A DNA stretch of 64,000 bases, taken from the human T2T-CHM13v2.0 reference genome, Homo sapiens. The translations under genes and the position numbers were made by a program. This document shows positions 11,171 to 24,738 of the stretch, piece by piece. Within the stretch, counting starts at the first letter, position 1, and every line of letters begins with the position of its first letter. The DNA is taken from the NCBI RefSeq assembly GCF_009914755.1, contig NC_060926.1. The stretch is one strand, 5' to 3'. The notes under the pieces were generated by a model, which made no database searches, was not told the origin of the DNA, and was given only the letters and a program-made list of their open reading frames with translations.

Positions 11171-14100
11171 AAAATGATAACACAAATTCAGTAAGGAAGA
11201 GCTTAATGTTAAAAAATTGCCTACCAGAGTTAAAAAAAAAAGTAGTTTCCTTTTGGTAGGGGTGACAGAAAGTAAAAAAACAAACATTATTATTATAAGA
11301 ATGAATAAAATTAAAAACAGAAACAAAAATAGGTATAGTAAAAATGGAAATGTGGAAGTAGAAAAGAGGTTTGACATGATAAAGTAAATGTAGAGGAAAA
11401 GGACGAAGAGATTAAGGGAAATAGAATATCATAGATATGGAGAGCAAGGAAGAACAAAGGATTGACTGTATTTTCAGCTACTGGCATTTTCAATAAGATG
11501 AATGCTGAGGATAAACTCTTGGATGTGAGGGTGGTGGTCTCCAAGGATCGGAGCCACTCCATCAGAGGGAGTGAAAAGGATGCCAGACTAAATGGCAGTC
11601 ATGAGAAAATGAGAAGTGGAAACTGAAAGTAGAGGCAATCTTTATTCTTTATGAGTTGTCAAACTTCCAAAATAATGAAAGAATGTTTACATCATTTAGC
11701 CATGAAAATCAAGTCACTTATAACAAAAACAAAAGTAAGATCTTCCACTTGAAAGTGAAGTGACCAGAAAGGAAGAAACACAACTGTAGGCATACAACAC
11801 TCCCATTCATTCTTGCATTTATAAAGCATGTAGCCGATGTAATCAAATGTGTGACCTGGAAATGTAGACTGTGTGTATGCTCTTTTCTTTGGAAAAAAAA
11901 AAAAATAGACAGAAACAAAAAAATTGGCAAAATGCAAAAACCTAAATGGCTGTGATAAAAGTAATCTCTTATCTACAGACGACATGAACATCCACATGAA
12001 ACCATTTTTATTATAGCTGTATTATGATTATGTGAGCTACAAACCATATACACCAGAATACATGAGGAATGAAAAAGCCATGGCAAATTAGTGGAAGTGA
12101 AGGTTTATTCCTCTGAGATATTGAAATAAGACTAAAATCATCTGATAATAACAGTCACAGAAAAGAATACAAATGTGCTAAACTCCAGCAGGATTGATAT
12201 CTTTCTAAATTAACCAAAATAAAAAAATACAAAGGTGAGAGCATAAATGAGGTGATAAAGCTTAAACTAGCTTATTTTTTCAAGTTTGGAAGTAGACAGA
12301 AAAATTGCTGTATGTTAAATTGAAACATGTAGTTAATGAGAAATAATTGTAAATATAAAGCATTTTAAAAATCAGTATTTCTGGCTTTGATTAAATATTG
12401 ATCTGACATGTTGAAATTTTTTAAATTTATATTTATTTTTCTGTTGTTATACACAAGTTAAAATAAATGTAATAATTTATACTAAATGCTATCATTTCAT
12501 TCTATTTTATAAAATTATTTCTAAACACGTAGTAGGCTATTTATGTGTACTTAAATGTGTCTCAGTATTTGTCCATAAAAATACTTACGGGAATATTAAT
12601 ATATTTATATTGGATGTAGAGATGTTTTTCTTTCCTTTTGTACTTTTCAATAGTACTGAGTTTTTTTTTTTTTTTTTTTAAAAAAAGAAGCTGGAGTCAC
12701 CTTTATAAAACTATTTTATCTTAATTTTAACTTATTTTTAATTTTTGTGGGTACCTAAGAGGTGGATATATTTATTGGGTACATGAGCTATTTTGGAACC
12801 AGCACACAGTGCATAATAATCACATCATGGAAAATTAGGCATCCATCCCCTCAAGTATTTATCCTTTGTGTTACAATCCAATTATACTCTTTCAGTTATT
12901 TAAAAATGTACAAATAAATTATTATTGACTATAGTCCCCCTGTTGTGCTATCAAATACTAGGTCTGATTCATTCTTCTCATTTTTTCTGTACACATTAAC
13001 CATCCCCACCTCCCTCCTGCACCCCCATTACCCTTCTCAGCCTCTGGTAATCATCCTTCTATTGTCTGTCTCAGTGAGTTCAATTGTTTTGATTTTTAAA
13101 TACCACAAATAAGGAAGAATATGCAATGTTTGTCTTTCTGCGCCTGGCTTATTTCATTTAACAAAATGACCTCCAGTTTCATCCATGTTGTTACAAGTGA
13201 CAGAATCTCATCGTTTTACATGGCTGAATAGTGCTCCATTGTATATAAATACCATATTTTATTTATTCATTCATCTGTTGATGGGCAATTATGTATCTTC
13301 CAAATCTTGGCCATTGTGAACAGTGCTGAAACAAACATGGGAGTGCAGATATCTCTTTGATATACTGGTTTTCTTTTTGGGAGGTATATACCCACCAGTA
13401 GGTTTGCTGGATTGTATGTTAGTCCTATTTTTAGTTTTTTGAGGAACTTCCAAATTATTCTCCATAGTGTTTGTATTTTCTTTCCCACCAACAGTGTGTG
13501 AGGGTTCCCTTTTCTTCATGTTTTAACCAGCATTTCTTATTGCATGCCTTTTGGATATAAGCCATTTTACATGGGATGATATTATATTTAATTATAGTTT
13601 TTAATTTGCATTTCTCTAATGATCAATGATGTTGAGCATTTTTATCATATGCCTGTTTGCCATTTGTATGTCTTCTTTTGAGAAATGTCTGTTCAAATCC
13701 TTTGCCCATTTTTTGATCAGATTATTAGATTTTCCCCATAGCATTATTTGAGCTCTTTATATATTCCAATTATTAATCTCTTTTCAGATGGGTAGTTTGT
13801 ACTTTATTGGTTGTCTCTTTGCTGTGCAGAAGCTTTTTAACTCGATGAGTCCCATTTGTCCATTTTTTTCTTTGGTTGCCTGTGCTTGTGGAGTATTGCT
13901 CAAGCAATTTTTGCCCAGACCAATGTCCTGGAGATTTTCCCCAATGTTTTCTTTTAGTAGTTTTAGAGTTCGAGGTCTTAGATTTAAATATTTAATCCAT
14001 TTTGATTTTATTTTTGCATGTGGCAAGAGATAGGTTCTAGTTTTATTCTTCTGCATACGGAGATCCAGGTTTCCCAGCACCGCTTAATGAAGAGACTGTC

Positions 14101-15104
14101 TTTTCCCCAGTGTATATTCTTGGCACCATTGTCAAAATGAGTTCACTGTAGGTATGTGGATTTGTTTCTGGGTTTTCTCTTCAGTTTCATTGGTCTATGT
14201 GTCTGTTTTTATTTTGTTTTGGTTACTATAGTTCTGCAGGATAATTTGAAGTTAGGTAATATCTTTCCAGTTTTGTTCTTTTTGCTCAGGATAGCTTTGG
14301 GTATTCTGGGTTTTTGTGGTTCCATATAATTTTTAGGATTGTCTTTCCTATCTCTGTGAAGAATGTCACTGATATTTTGATAGAAATTGCATTGAACCTG
14401 TAGAATGCTTTGGTTAGTATGGACATTTTAACAATATTGATTCCAATTTATCAACCAATCCATCATTCCAGTCCATGAACAGGACATGTCTTTCCATTTT
14501 TTGTTTCCTCTTTGATTTCTTCCATCAGTGTTTTATAGTTTTCTTTTTCAACCAGATCTTTTGTTTATTTGGTTAATTCCAAGATATTTAATTTTATTTG
14601 TGACTATTGTAAATGGGCTTATTTTTTATTTCTTTTCAGTTTGTTCACTGTTGGCATATAAAAATGCTGCTGATTTTTGTAGTTGATTTTGTGTCCTGTA
14701 CCTCCACTGAATTGGTTTATTAGTTCTAATACTTTTTTGGTAGAGTCTTTCAGTTTTTCCAAATATAAGATCATATCATGTTCAAACAATTGTAATGTCA
14801 CTTGTTACTTTCCAATTTGGATGCCATTTATTTCTTTCTCTTGTCTGATGGCTCTAGCCAAGACTTCCAGTACTGTGTTGAATAACAATGGTGAAAGTGG
14901 GCATCTTTGTTGTTTTTGAGACCTAAGAGGAAAGGCTATCTCTTTTCCTCATTCAGCGTGACACTAATTGTGGGTCTAACATATATGACTTTTATTATGT
15001 TGAGGAATATTCCTTCTGTATCCAGTGTTTTGAGAGCTTTTATCATGAAGAGATGTTGAACTTTATGAAATGCTTTTTTGGCACCAACTGAAATGATTAT
15101 ATAG

Positions 15105-15382
<278 letters not shown>

Positions 15383-17117
15383 TGAAATTTTTTCCTTCAT
15401 TATGTTGATATGATGTATTACATTATTGATTTACACGTGTTGCACAATCCATCCTGGAATAAATTTCACTTGGTCATGATGAGTAATCTTTTGAATGTAC
15501 CGTTGAATTTGTTTTGCTATGATTTTGTTGGGAGTTTTTATATCAATATACATCAAAGATGTCGGCCTGCAGTGTTATTTTTTTTTTTAATGTGTCTTTG
15601 CCTGGTTTTGGTATCAGAGTAATACCAGCTTCATAGAATAATTTTAGAAGTATTCCCTTTTCCTCTTTTATCAGAACGGTTTGAGCAGAATTGGTATTCT
15701 TTATATGTTCAGTAGAATTCAGCAGTGAAGCCATTGGGTCCTAGGCTTTTCTTTACTGGGAGACATTTTATTATGGCTTTGATCTCATTACTTGCTATTG
15801 GTTGCTTCACACTTTGGATTCCTTCATGCTTCAATCTGGGTAGGCTGTATGTGTCTAGGAATATATCTATTTCTTCCATATTTTCCAATTTATCAGCATA
15901 TAATTGCTCATTGTATCCATTAATGATCATTTGAATTTCTGCAGTTTCACTTGTAATGTTTCCTTTTTTACCTTTGAGTTTATTTCTTTGGGTCTTTTTT
16001 TTCTCAGTTATTCTGGCTAAAGGTTTGTCAATTTTGTTTATATTTTCAAAAAACTAGCTTTTTGTTTCATTGATCTTTTTTATTGTTTTCTTTATTTCCA
16101 ATTCGCTCATTCTACTCTAATCTTTATTATTTTTTTTCTTCCAGTAACTTTGGGTTCAGTTTACTCTTGCTTTTCTAGTTTTTTAGAATGCACCATTAGG
16201 TCAATCATTTGAAGTTTTTCTTTTTGTTTTGATGTAAAAGCTCATAGCTATAAATGTTATTCTTATTACTGCTATTGCAGTATCTCATAGGTTTTGATAT
16301 ATTGTGTTTTCATTATCAGTTGTTTCCAGAAAACTTTCAATTTCCTTCTTAATTTCTTTATTGACTTACTAGTCATTCAGGAGGGTATTGTTTAATTTCC
16401 ATATGTTGTATAGTTTCAAAATTCCTCTTGTTATTATTTTATTACACTGTGGTCAGAGAAGATGCTTGATATTATTTCAATTTTTTGAGTGGTTTAAGAC
16501 TTGTTTTGTGACCTACTATATGGTCTATCCTTGAGAATGATCGTAGTGCTGAGAAGATGGACACGTATTCTCTTGTTCTTGGATTAAACATTCTGTAAAT
16601 ATCTATTAGGTTCATTTGTTCCATAGTGCAAATTAAGTCTGATTTTTCTTTGTAGATTTTCTGTTGGGGAGATCTTGTCTAATGCTGAAAATGCTATGTT
16701 GAAGTCTTCTGCTGTTATTGTTTTGGGGTCTCTCTCTTTCCCTTTTTAGCTCTAATAATATTTGCTTTGTGTATCTGGGTATTCCAATGTTGTGTGCATA
16801 TATATTTACAATCATTATATCTTTCTGCTGAATTGACCCATTTCTCATTATATAATGATGCCCTTTGTCTATACTTACAGTTTTTGTCTTGAAATTTATT
16901 TTTTCTGATATAAGTACAGCTATTGCTTTTTTATTTGTATTTTTTTGGTTTTCATTGGCATGAAATATCTCTTTCTGTCCCTTTATTTTGTGTCTATGTG
17001 TGTCTTTATAGGTGAAGTGTGGTTCTTCTAAACAACAGATCATTGGGTCTTATTTTTTCATCTATTCAGCCATCTGTGTCTTTTGTTTGGAAAGTTTAGT
17101 CAATTTACATTCAATGT

Positions 17118-18195
17118 TGTTGCAGGAATTCAGGGACCCTGAATGGAGGGACCGGCTGAAGCCATGGCAGAAGAACATAAACTGTGAAGATTTCATGGAC
17201 ATTTGTTAGTTCCCCAAATTAGTACTTTTATAATTTCTTATGCCTGTCTTTACTGCAATCTCTGAACATAAGTTGTGAAGATTTCATGGACATTTATCAC
17301 TTCCCCAATCAATACTCTTATAATTTCCTATGCCTGTCTTTAATCTCTTAATCCCATCATCTTCATAAGCTGAGGATGTATGCCACCTCAGGATCCTGTG
17401 ATGATTACGTTATCTGAATGAATTGTTTGTACAGCATGTGTGTTTGAACAATATGAAATCTGGGCATCCAAAAGGAACAGGATGGCTACAATTTTCAGGG
17501 AACAAGGGAGATAAACATTGGGCCTGACTGCCTGACGGGCCAGACAAAACAGAGTTATATTTCTCTTCTTACAAAAGCAAAGAGTAGAAATATCGCTGAA
17601 TTCTTTTTCTCAGCAAGGAACAGCCCTGAGAAAGAGAATGCATTCCTAAGGGGAGGTCTCTAAAATGGCTGCTCTGGGAATGTCTGTCATATACAGTTGA
17701 AGATAAGGGATGAAATAAGCCCCAGTCTCCTGTAGCGCCCTCAGGCTTATTAGGATTAGGAAATTCCTGCCTAGTAAATTTTGGCCAGACTGGTTGTCTG
17801 CTCTCAAACCCTGTCTCCTGATAAGATGTTATCAATGATAATGCATGCTCAGTGGGACATGAAACTTTGTCAGCAATTCTAATTTTGCCCTGGTCCTGTG
17901 ATCTCACTCTGCCCCCATTTGCCTTGTGATATTTTATTGCCCTTGAAGCATGTGATCTCTGTGACCCACATCCTATTCATACACCCCCTCCCTTTTGAAA
18001 TTCATAATAAAATCTTGCTGGTTTTGTGGCTCAGGGGGCATCACAGAACCTGCGAACATGTGATACCTGCCCCAGACACCCAGATTTAAAATTTCTCTCT
18101 TTTGTACTCTTTCCCTTTATTTCTCAGACTGGCTGACACTTAAGGAAAATAGAAAAGAACCTACATTGAAATACTGGGGGCTAGTTCTCCCGATA
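17118..18195 (+). mobile_element. MER11 (MER11B/C-like) solo LTR of HERV-K11/HML-8
   Basis: Starts tgttgcaggaattcagggaccctgaatggagggaccggctgaagccatggcagaagaac, ends ggggctagttctcccgata; 1078 bp; AATAAA near 18006; 6-bp flanks caatgt/caacat; L1 text resumes seamlessly. Confidence 0.93.
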
Positions 18196-21100
18196 CAACA
18201 TTATTATTGATTTGTAGGAATGTACTCCTGTCATTTTATTTGTTTTCTGGTTGTTTTGCTGTCTTCTCTTTCTACTTTTCTTTCTTTCTGTCTTCCTTTT
18301 AATGAAGGTGACGTTCTGTGATGATATGCTTTAATTTTTTGCTTTTAAATTTTGTGTATCCATTGTATGTTTTTTGATTTGAGGTTAACATGAAGCTTGT
18401 AAATACTATCTTATAACCCATTATTTTAAACTGATGACAACTTAACATTGATTACATAAACAAACCAATAAACAAATGAGAAAAAAAAGAAACTAGTAAG
18501 TACTCTACACTTTAACTCTGTCAACACCAAACTTTCTATTGCTTCTCTATATGTCTTATTGTATTGTCTATGTCTTGAAAAGTTGTTTTGGTTATTATTT
18601 TTGATTAATTAAATATTTAATATTTCTACTTAAGTCAAAAGATGTTTCCACACTACAATTACGGTGCTGTACTGATCTGTTTTTCTGTGTGCTTACTATT
18701 ACCAATGTGTTTTGTACCTTCAGATGCATTCTTCTTGCTCATTAACCTCCTTTTTTTTTTAAGATTAAATAACTCCCTTTAAAATTTATTGTAGAACACA
18801 TATGACAGCTTGCATTTATCTAGGAGGGTCTTTGTTTCTCCTTCATGCTAAAGGATACTTTCACTGGATATACTATTCTAGGGTAAAAATTCTTTTCTTT
18901 CTGCACTTTAAATACATCATGCTACTCTCTCTTGACATGTTCAGTTTCCACTAAAAAGTCTGATGACAGATATATTGGAGCTCCATTGTACATTATTTAT
19001 GTCTTTTCCCTTGCTGCTTTTTAGGATTTTTTCTTTATCCTTCATTTTTGGGAGTTTGATATTAAATGATTTGAGGTAGTCTTTTTTGGGTTAAATCTCC
19101 TTGGTGTTCTATAACCTCCTTTTACTTAAATGTAGTTATCTTCCTCTAGATTTGGGAAGTTCTCTAATATTATCCCTTTGAATAAGCTTTCTAACACTAT
19201 CTCTTTCTCTACTCATTCTTTGTGGTCAGAAACTCTTAGATTTGCCTTTTTCAGGCTATTTTCTTTATCTCATAGGCATGCTTCATTGTTTTCTACTCTT
19301 TGTTTTCCTTTTGTCTTCTCTGACTTTGTATTTTCAAAAAGCCTATCTTCAAGCTTACTAATTTTTTCTTCTGCTTGATCAATTCTGCTATTAAGAGACT
19401 CTCATGCATTCTTAAGCATGTCAGTTGCATTTTTCAACTCCAGAATTTCTCTTGATTCTTTTTAATTAATTCAATCTCTTTGTTAAATTTATCTAACAGA
19501 ATTCTGAATTCTTTCTCCGTGTTATTGTACATTTATTTGCATTTCTTCAAAACAGCTATTTTGTATTTTCTGTTTGAATGGTCATGTATCTCTGTTTCTC
19601 CAGGATTGGTCCCTGGTGCTTTATTTAGTTTATTTGGTTAGGTCATGTTTTCCTGGATGTTGTTGATGCATGTAGATATTTTTTTGGTGTCTGGTTATTG
19701 AAGATTTAGGTATTTATTATAATCTTCACAGTCTGAGCTTGTTTGTGTCTGTTCTTCTTAGGAAGGCTTTCCAGGGGAGTGACTTGGCCCCCAAGACCAA
19801 TAATGCTGTAGTTTTGCAGACTCATAGAGTTACTGCCTTGGTGCTCTCAGATAAGATCTGGAATAATTCTCTTGATTGCCAGGTAGAGATGATTGTTCTT
19901 TTCCTTCGCTTACTCCCAAACATATAGAGTCTCACTATCTGTGCTGAGCCACATGGAACTGGGGGTGTGGTGATTCGAGCACTTCCGTGCCACCACCACA
20001 GGGACTGTGCTGCAACAGACCTGAAGCCAACACAGCACAGCCTTTCCCGGGGTCTTCCCTTTCAGTGTGGCAAATTCACTTAAGCCCTAGGTTGGTCCAG
20101 ATAAACTGCCTGAGGGCCAGAGATTAGAGTCAAAAGCCTTAGCAGTTTACTTGATGTTTTATTCTACTGTGGCTAAGCAGGCATTCAAAACACAATATAA
20201 AGTCCTTCTCATTCTTCCCTCACCTTTCCACAGGGAGAAGAGCCTCTCCCGGTAGCCACCACCACCACCAGTCCACAGAGGAATCTGCCAGTCCTTGGGG
20301 GATACTGCCAGTCCAGTGCTGTAGTTTACTTAAAGGATGAGCTTGTGGTGAATGCTGCGATGCTTGGGACTCACCCTTCAGGGCAGTGTGCTCCCCTCTG
20401 TCCCAGGGAAGGCCAGAAATGCTGTCCAAGGCCTGCATTTAGAGACCCCAAGGGCCTGTTTGTTGTCTTACTCCACTGTGGTTGAGCTGGTACATAAAGG
20501 GCAAGACAAAGTCTACCTCACTTTTTTCTCTGTTTTACTCAAACAGAAGAAATCTTTAGATTTCTTAGCCACTGTAGATTTCACCATGGTCACCCTGAAG
20601 TCAGCATGTCTCAGAGCCCAAGCCCCATGGTGTACTCCCTGGCTATTGCTGCTTGTTATTCAGGGCCTAAGGGTTCTCTAGCCAGCAAGTGAGGAAGTCT
20701 GTCAGGACTAGGCCCTTCCCTTCAAGGCAGTGGGTTCCTTTTTGGTCCAGGGTGTGTCCAGAAATGTCATCTGGGAGCTAAGTCCTAGAATGGGGACCTC
20801 GTGACTGCCCAGTGCCCTAGTCTACTGTGGTTAAGCTTCAAAGTCCTTTTTACTCTTCACTTTTGTCTCCTTAAGGAGAAGGATGGAATTATTTTCCTTG
20901 CTATGAGCCACACTCATGTTGCAAGCCATCCCTTTGCTGTGACAGCTGATATCGCCCTAGGTCATGTGCCCCCGCTAGTTCACTGGCTCTAAACCTAACC
21001 TAGCACCAGGAGTTGCCTAGGAATTGCAATCCTTGTGTCTTAGACTGCCTTTCAAGTTTACCTAACACTCTAGAGCACTCTAGCTCATTATGGTGAGGCT

Positions 21101-22669
21101 TGAAAAGAAAGTCAAGTTCTGGCCACTGGGATGGGCTACTCCCCTCTGGCCAGGGCTGGTCCAAATGCTCCCTCTGTTTATGGGTGCTGACTGAGCCCAT
21201 GACAGCTATATTTTTTGTTGTGACTGGGCAGCACTGTTCAGTGAAAAGTCCCCCAGTATCTGCACTCTCCCTCTTCAAAGTGCACAGATTCTTCCTGCTG
21301 CATACCCCCTTGCCAGTGTATGGGGGAGAAGAGGCTTCAGCAATTCAAGACTGTATCTCATGCCCTCCTCAATATCTCTTTCCATGATACAAAGTTAGAA
21401 CCAGGTACTGTGATTGCTGACCTGATTTTTGGTTCTTGTCATGATGCTTTTCTGTGTGCAGATAGTCGGTAAAAATTGGTGTTCCAGCAACGGGATGAAA
21501 GGTGTAGGCTTCTATTCCACCATCTTAATTTTTATTAAAAATAGTATTTGTTGTAATAAATTTTTAAAGACTCAAAAGGGAGAAAACAGGCTTTTGGTAT
21601 TTATTTTCTAGGCAAGTTTCTAACTTCCTTTCACCATCCACTGTGTGAACCCAAGTAGCATTCCACGTCAAAGGCAAGGCTGTCAAACCTGTCTCCTCTG
21701 GGCACTGAAATGTGTCAATCTGCACTGAGTTGGTAAATTTAGCATGCATTAATTCAAGCAATCTTGGAGCTACAAATGCTCTTGTACTTATTTATTTAAA
21801 ATAAAATAGGAATGCCTCTGAAATAAGTCAGTTTTTCAGGAGATGAGCTAATAAAAGCAGAAAAGAAAAAAGCTTCATGCCAAGTTCTGATCCAAAGAAA
21901 CTGAGGTGATGGTAGAAAAGTAAATTATAGTCATATGGCCACAGAAAACGCACTATTGAGTGGGTGCTCATGTCTGGCACCGTCAGTTAGACACAGTGAA
22001 AGTAGAGAACTCTCCAAAGGAGACTCTATGGTTGTGGGGGATGGGGTGGAGTGGAGAGTCTCCAGAGGCCACCAGCATGGGAAAGATTCACAGGATGTCA
22101 TTATTTCCCAGTTAGTGGCTTCTCTTCTACATATATCAGAGGGCTGCAACATACATGCTGGCTGGAGATTATCTGATTAAGACCATGATTTATAGTTTTT
22201 GTGAGAACATAAAAAAGGTGTGTATAATTGCCATTTATAAATAAACCTCAACAGGAAGTAATTACATTTTTACCAGAAATTTTAAATATTAGGCTATAAT
22301 TCTTTCTGTGGTATTACATATAATAGTTCTAATATTTCTTTCAAGCTTTGTAGTTCTGTGCCATGATAATCAAAGAGAAAGACATGAATACATATTTCAT
22401 GCCATTAAGTATCATGTATGTGGGAGTTTCAGGCATTGTTGGGTGTTGACTGAGAGTTCATATGTAGTAGAAAATCAAAATGATAGAATTAGAATTGGTG
22501 AAGCAAAAGTTTCCCAGGTGATGTTATTATACGCAGTAAACTGGTGAAGATAATTAATTTGAAAAGCTACTCATTTTGTCTGCATTCCTTTCTTTATCAT
22601 TCCAGTTTAAAACTTTGCTAAATTTCATGGTGCCTTATAATTTCAGCCCCAAAATAATAGCAGCAAGTG

Positions 22670-22920
22670 ACAGCACCATGTGATAGAGCAAGCATGGACT
22701 TCAAGGGGAGGAAAAAAAAAAGGCTGAACAGAATTTAAACACAAATTCTATCACTTAATGTCTGTGAAAACTTGGGCAAGAAACTCATCTTTTGTTTTGC
22801 AGCTTCCTGTGCAGCAATATGGGTAATAACACCTAGCACACATAGAGGTTGCAAGGATGTTATGGGATAGCATATGCAAAGAGCTTGAGACATAGTAAGT
22901 ACTTATAAGTGGCAACTACT
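22670..22920 (+). mobile_element. MIR SINE
   Basis: acttgggcaag...gggtaataacacctagcacacatagaggttgcaaggat...acatagtaagtact. Confidence 0.7.
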
Positions 22921-23469
22921 GTTGCAATTGACAGCTGAAAATAATATTTGGAAAGTTTGGTCTCAAAAGGATGTATAACTTGACATTTCAAAATTCTTAC
23001 AAATTTTAACTTTTTTTATTAGCATCCTCATTTCATTAGCAGATGTACTGTTATTGGCATATGCTGCTATTTCTTAGGTAGAACATTTGCCTGCGGTTTA
23101 TTTGGCTGCCATTCTCAGTTATATCCTAACTAACTATGATTTCATATTCTGTCCCTGAAGCACCAAGCACTCAAAAGCACACTCATTTTTTTTGCATGAA
23201 GCACACATGAATATGATTGCACAGTTGTTGATGACACAAAACAGTCATCAATATGGTTTACTCATTTAATCCAAATAAGTTATGAATACTGGCCCAGATT
23301 CAACTAGACAAATCTCCATTCCAAGCCTCAAAGCATTATAAAAAAGAACAAAGAGTAAAGCATCGATTGGGCCTTGTGTCCTCCCTGCTCATGAATTCTC
23401 ACCCATTTTAACTCTGCTTACACCTTGAACATCAATACTTCCATCTAATATCTCTGGATTTAGAAAAGT

Positions 23470-23680
23470 ATCCATGCGTGAGGCAATATGTTAAGTGATT
23501 TATGTACGTGAAAGTGTTCAAACCTCACAACGACCTTGAAAAGTTATTATGTTTATTTTATGATGAGAACTTTGAGGCTCAAAATGTTTACATAATTTTT
23601 CAGATATTGCACAGCTAGAAAGTAGCAGAGCTAGATTTTAAATTCAGGTCTTCATGACTCACAGGCCCAGAGTTTTTATT
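23470..23680 (-). mobile_element. MIR SINE
   Basis: cctcacaacgacc...ttttatgatgagaactttgaggctca...cacagctagaaagtagcagagctagattt. Confidence 0.75.
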
Positions 23681-24475
23681 ATACAGAGCATTGCAATAAT
23701 ATGATTAGTAAAATATTGCTTTGTTTTGGTTTTCATATAATTTTCTAGCCAAATAGCATTCACTAACCACCCCCCCACCCCCCCACATTGCGTCCTAGAT
23801 AAAGATTATGTGTCGGGATCATTCACAGTCTGAACTCAAACTTTGATTCAGCTTAATTAACACATCATAAAGGGCAACCCATGTTCTAACGAGTGTGTCT
23901 CATTCAGTCTCTATGAGCACATACTATCCTCCACACATTCAGGATTCTTCCATTAGAAAAGAAAAATGTGTTAAATCAAATTAATCCCAAGCCAGGATGA
24001 TTTCACATGGTTTCACAAAGGGACGTTAAGAACTGTGGAAAGGAAGTGTTAGGAAGAACGTATTAAGGAGAAACTCTTAGAACACTGTATAACTACCTAT
24101 TTTATTTCCTTTAATAAAGGTGAGTATTTTCAATGTTCCTTTAATCTACAATAGGAAGAGGATTTTCTTGAATATTGAATACAATACAAAGTAGAAAATA
24201 CAGGCCCTTTTTTTCCCTAAGAAGCAACTATGAAAACTGCTATACTTAAAATTCTTCACTGTATTTTTTATTGCTATATTATATTTGTACATATTTGGGG
24301 GTACATGATCAAATCAGGGTAATTGTAATATCCACCACCTCAAACAATTATATTTTCTTTGTACTGGGAACATTACAATTCTTTTCTTCTAGCTGTTTTG
24401 AAATATAGAATAAATTATTAACTATAATTTTCCTGCTGTACTATTGAATACTAGAATGTATTCCATCTCTCCAAT

Positions 24476-24738
24476 TTTATTTTTTTATAGAGATAGGGTC
24501 TGGATCCATCCCCCAGGTGGGAGTGCAGTGGCGTGATCATAGCTTACTGCTGCTTCAATTTCCTGGGCTTACATGATCCCCTCCCCTCTCAAACTCCTGC
24601 GTAGCTGACACTACAGGCATACTCCACTATGACCGGGTAATTGTTGCCCAGATTGGTCATGAACTTCTGGTCTCAAGGTCTTTCTACCTCGGCCTCCAAA
24701 AGGGCTGGAATTACAAGCATGAGCCACTCTGCCCAGCC
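24476..24738 (-). mobile_element. AluJ with deleted central linker
   Basis: ggagtgcagtggcgtgatcatagcttactg...gggtaatt|gttgcccag junction lacks the T-rich linker; ends gagccactctgcccagcc. Confidence 0.85.
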
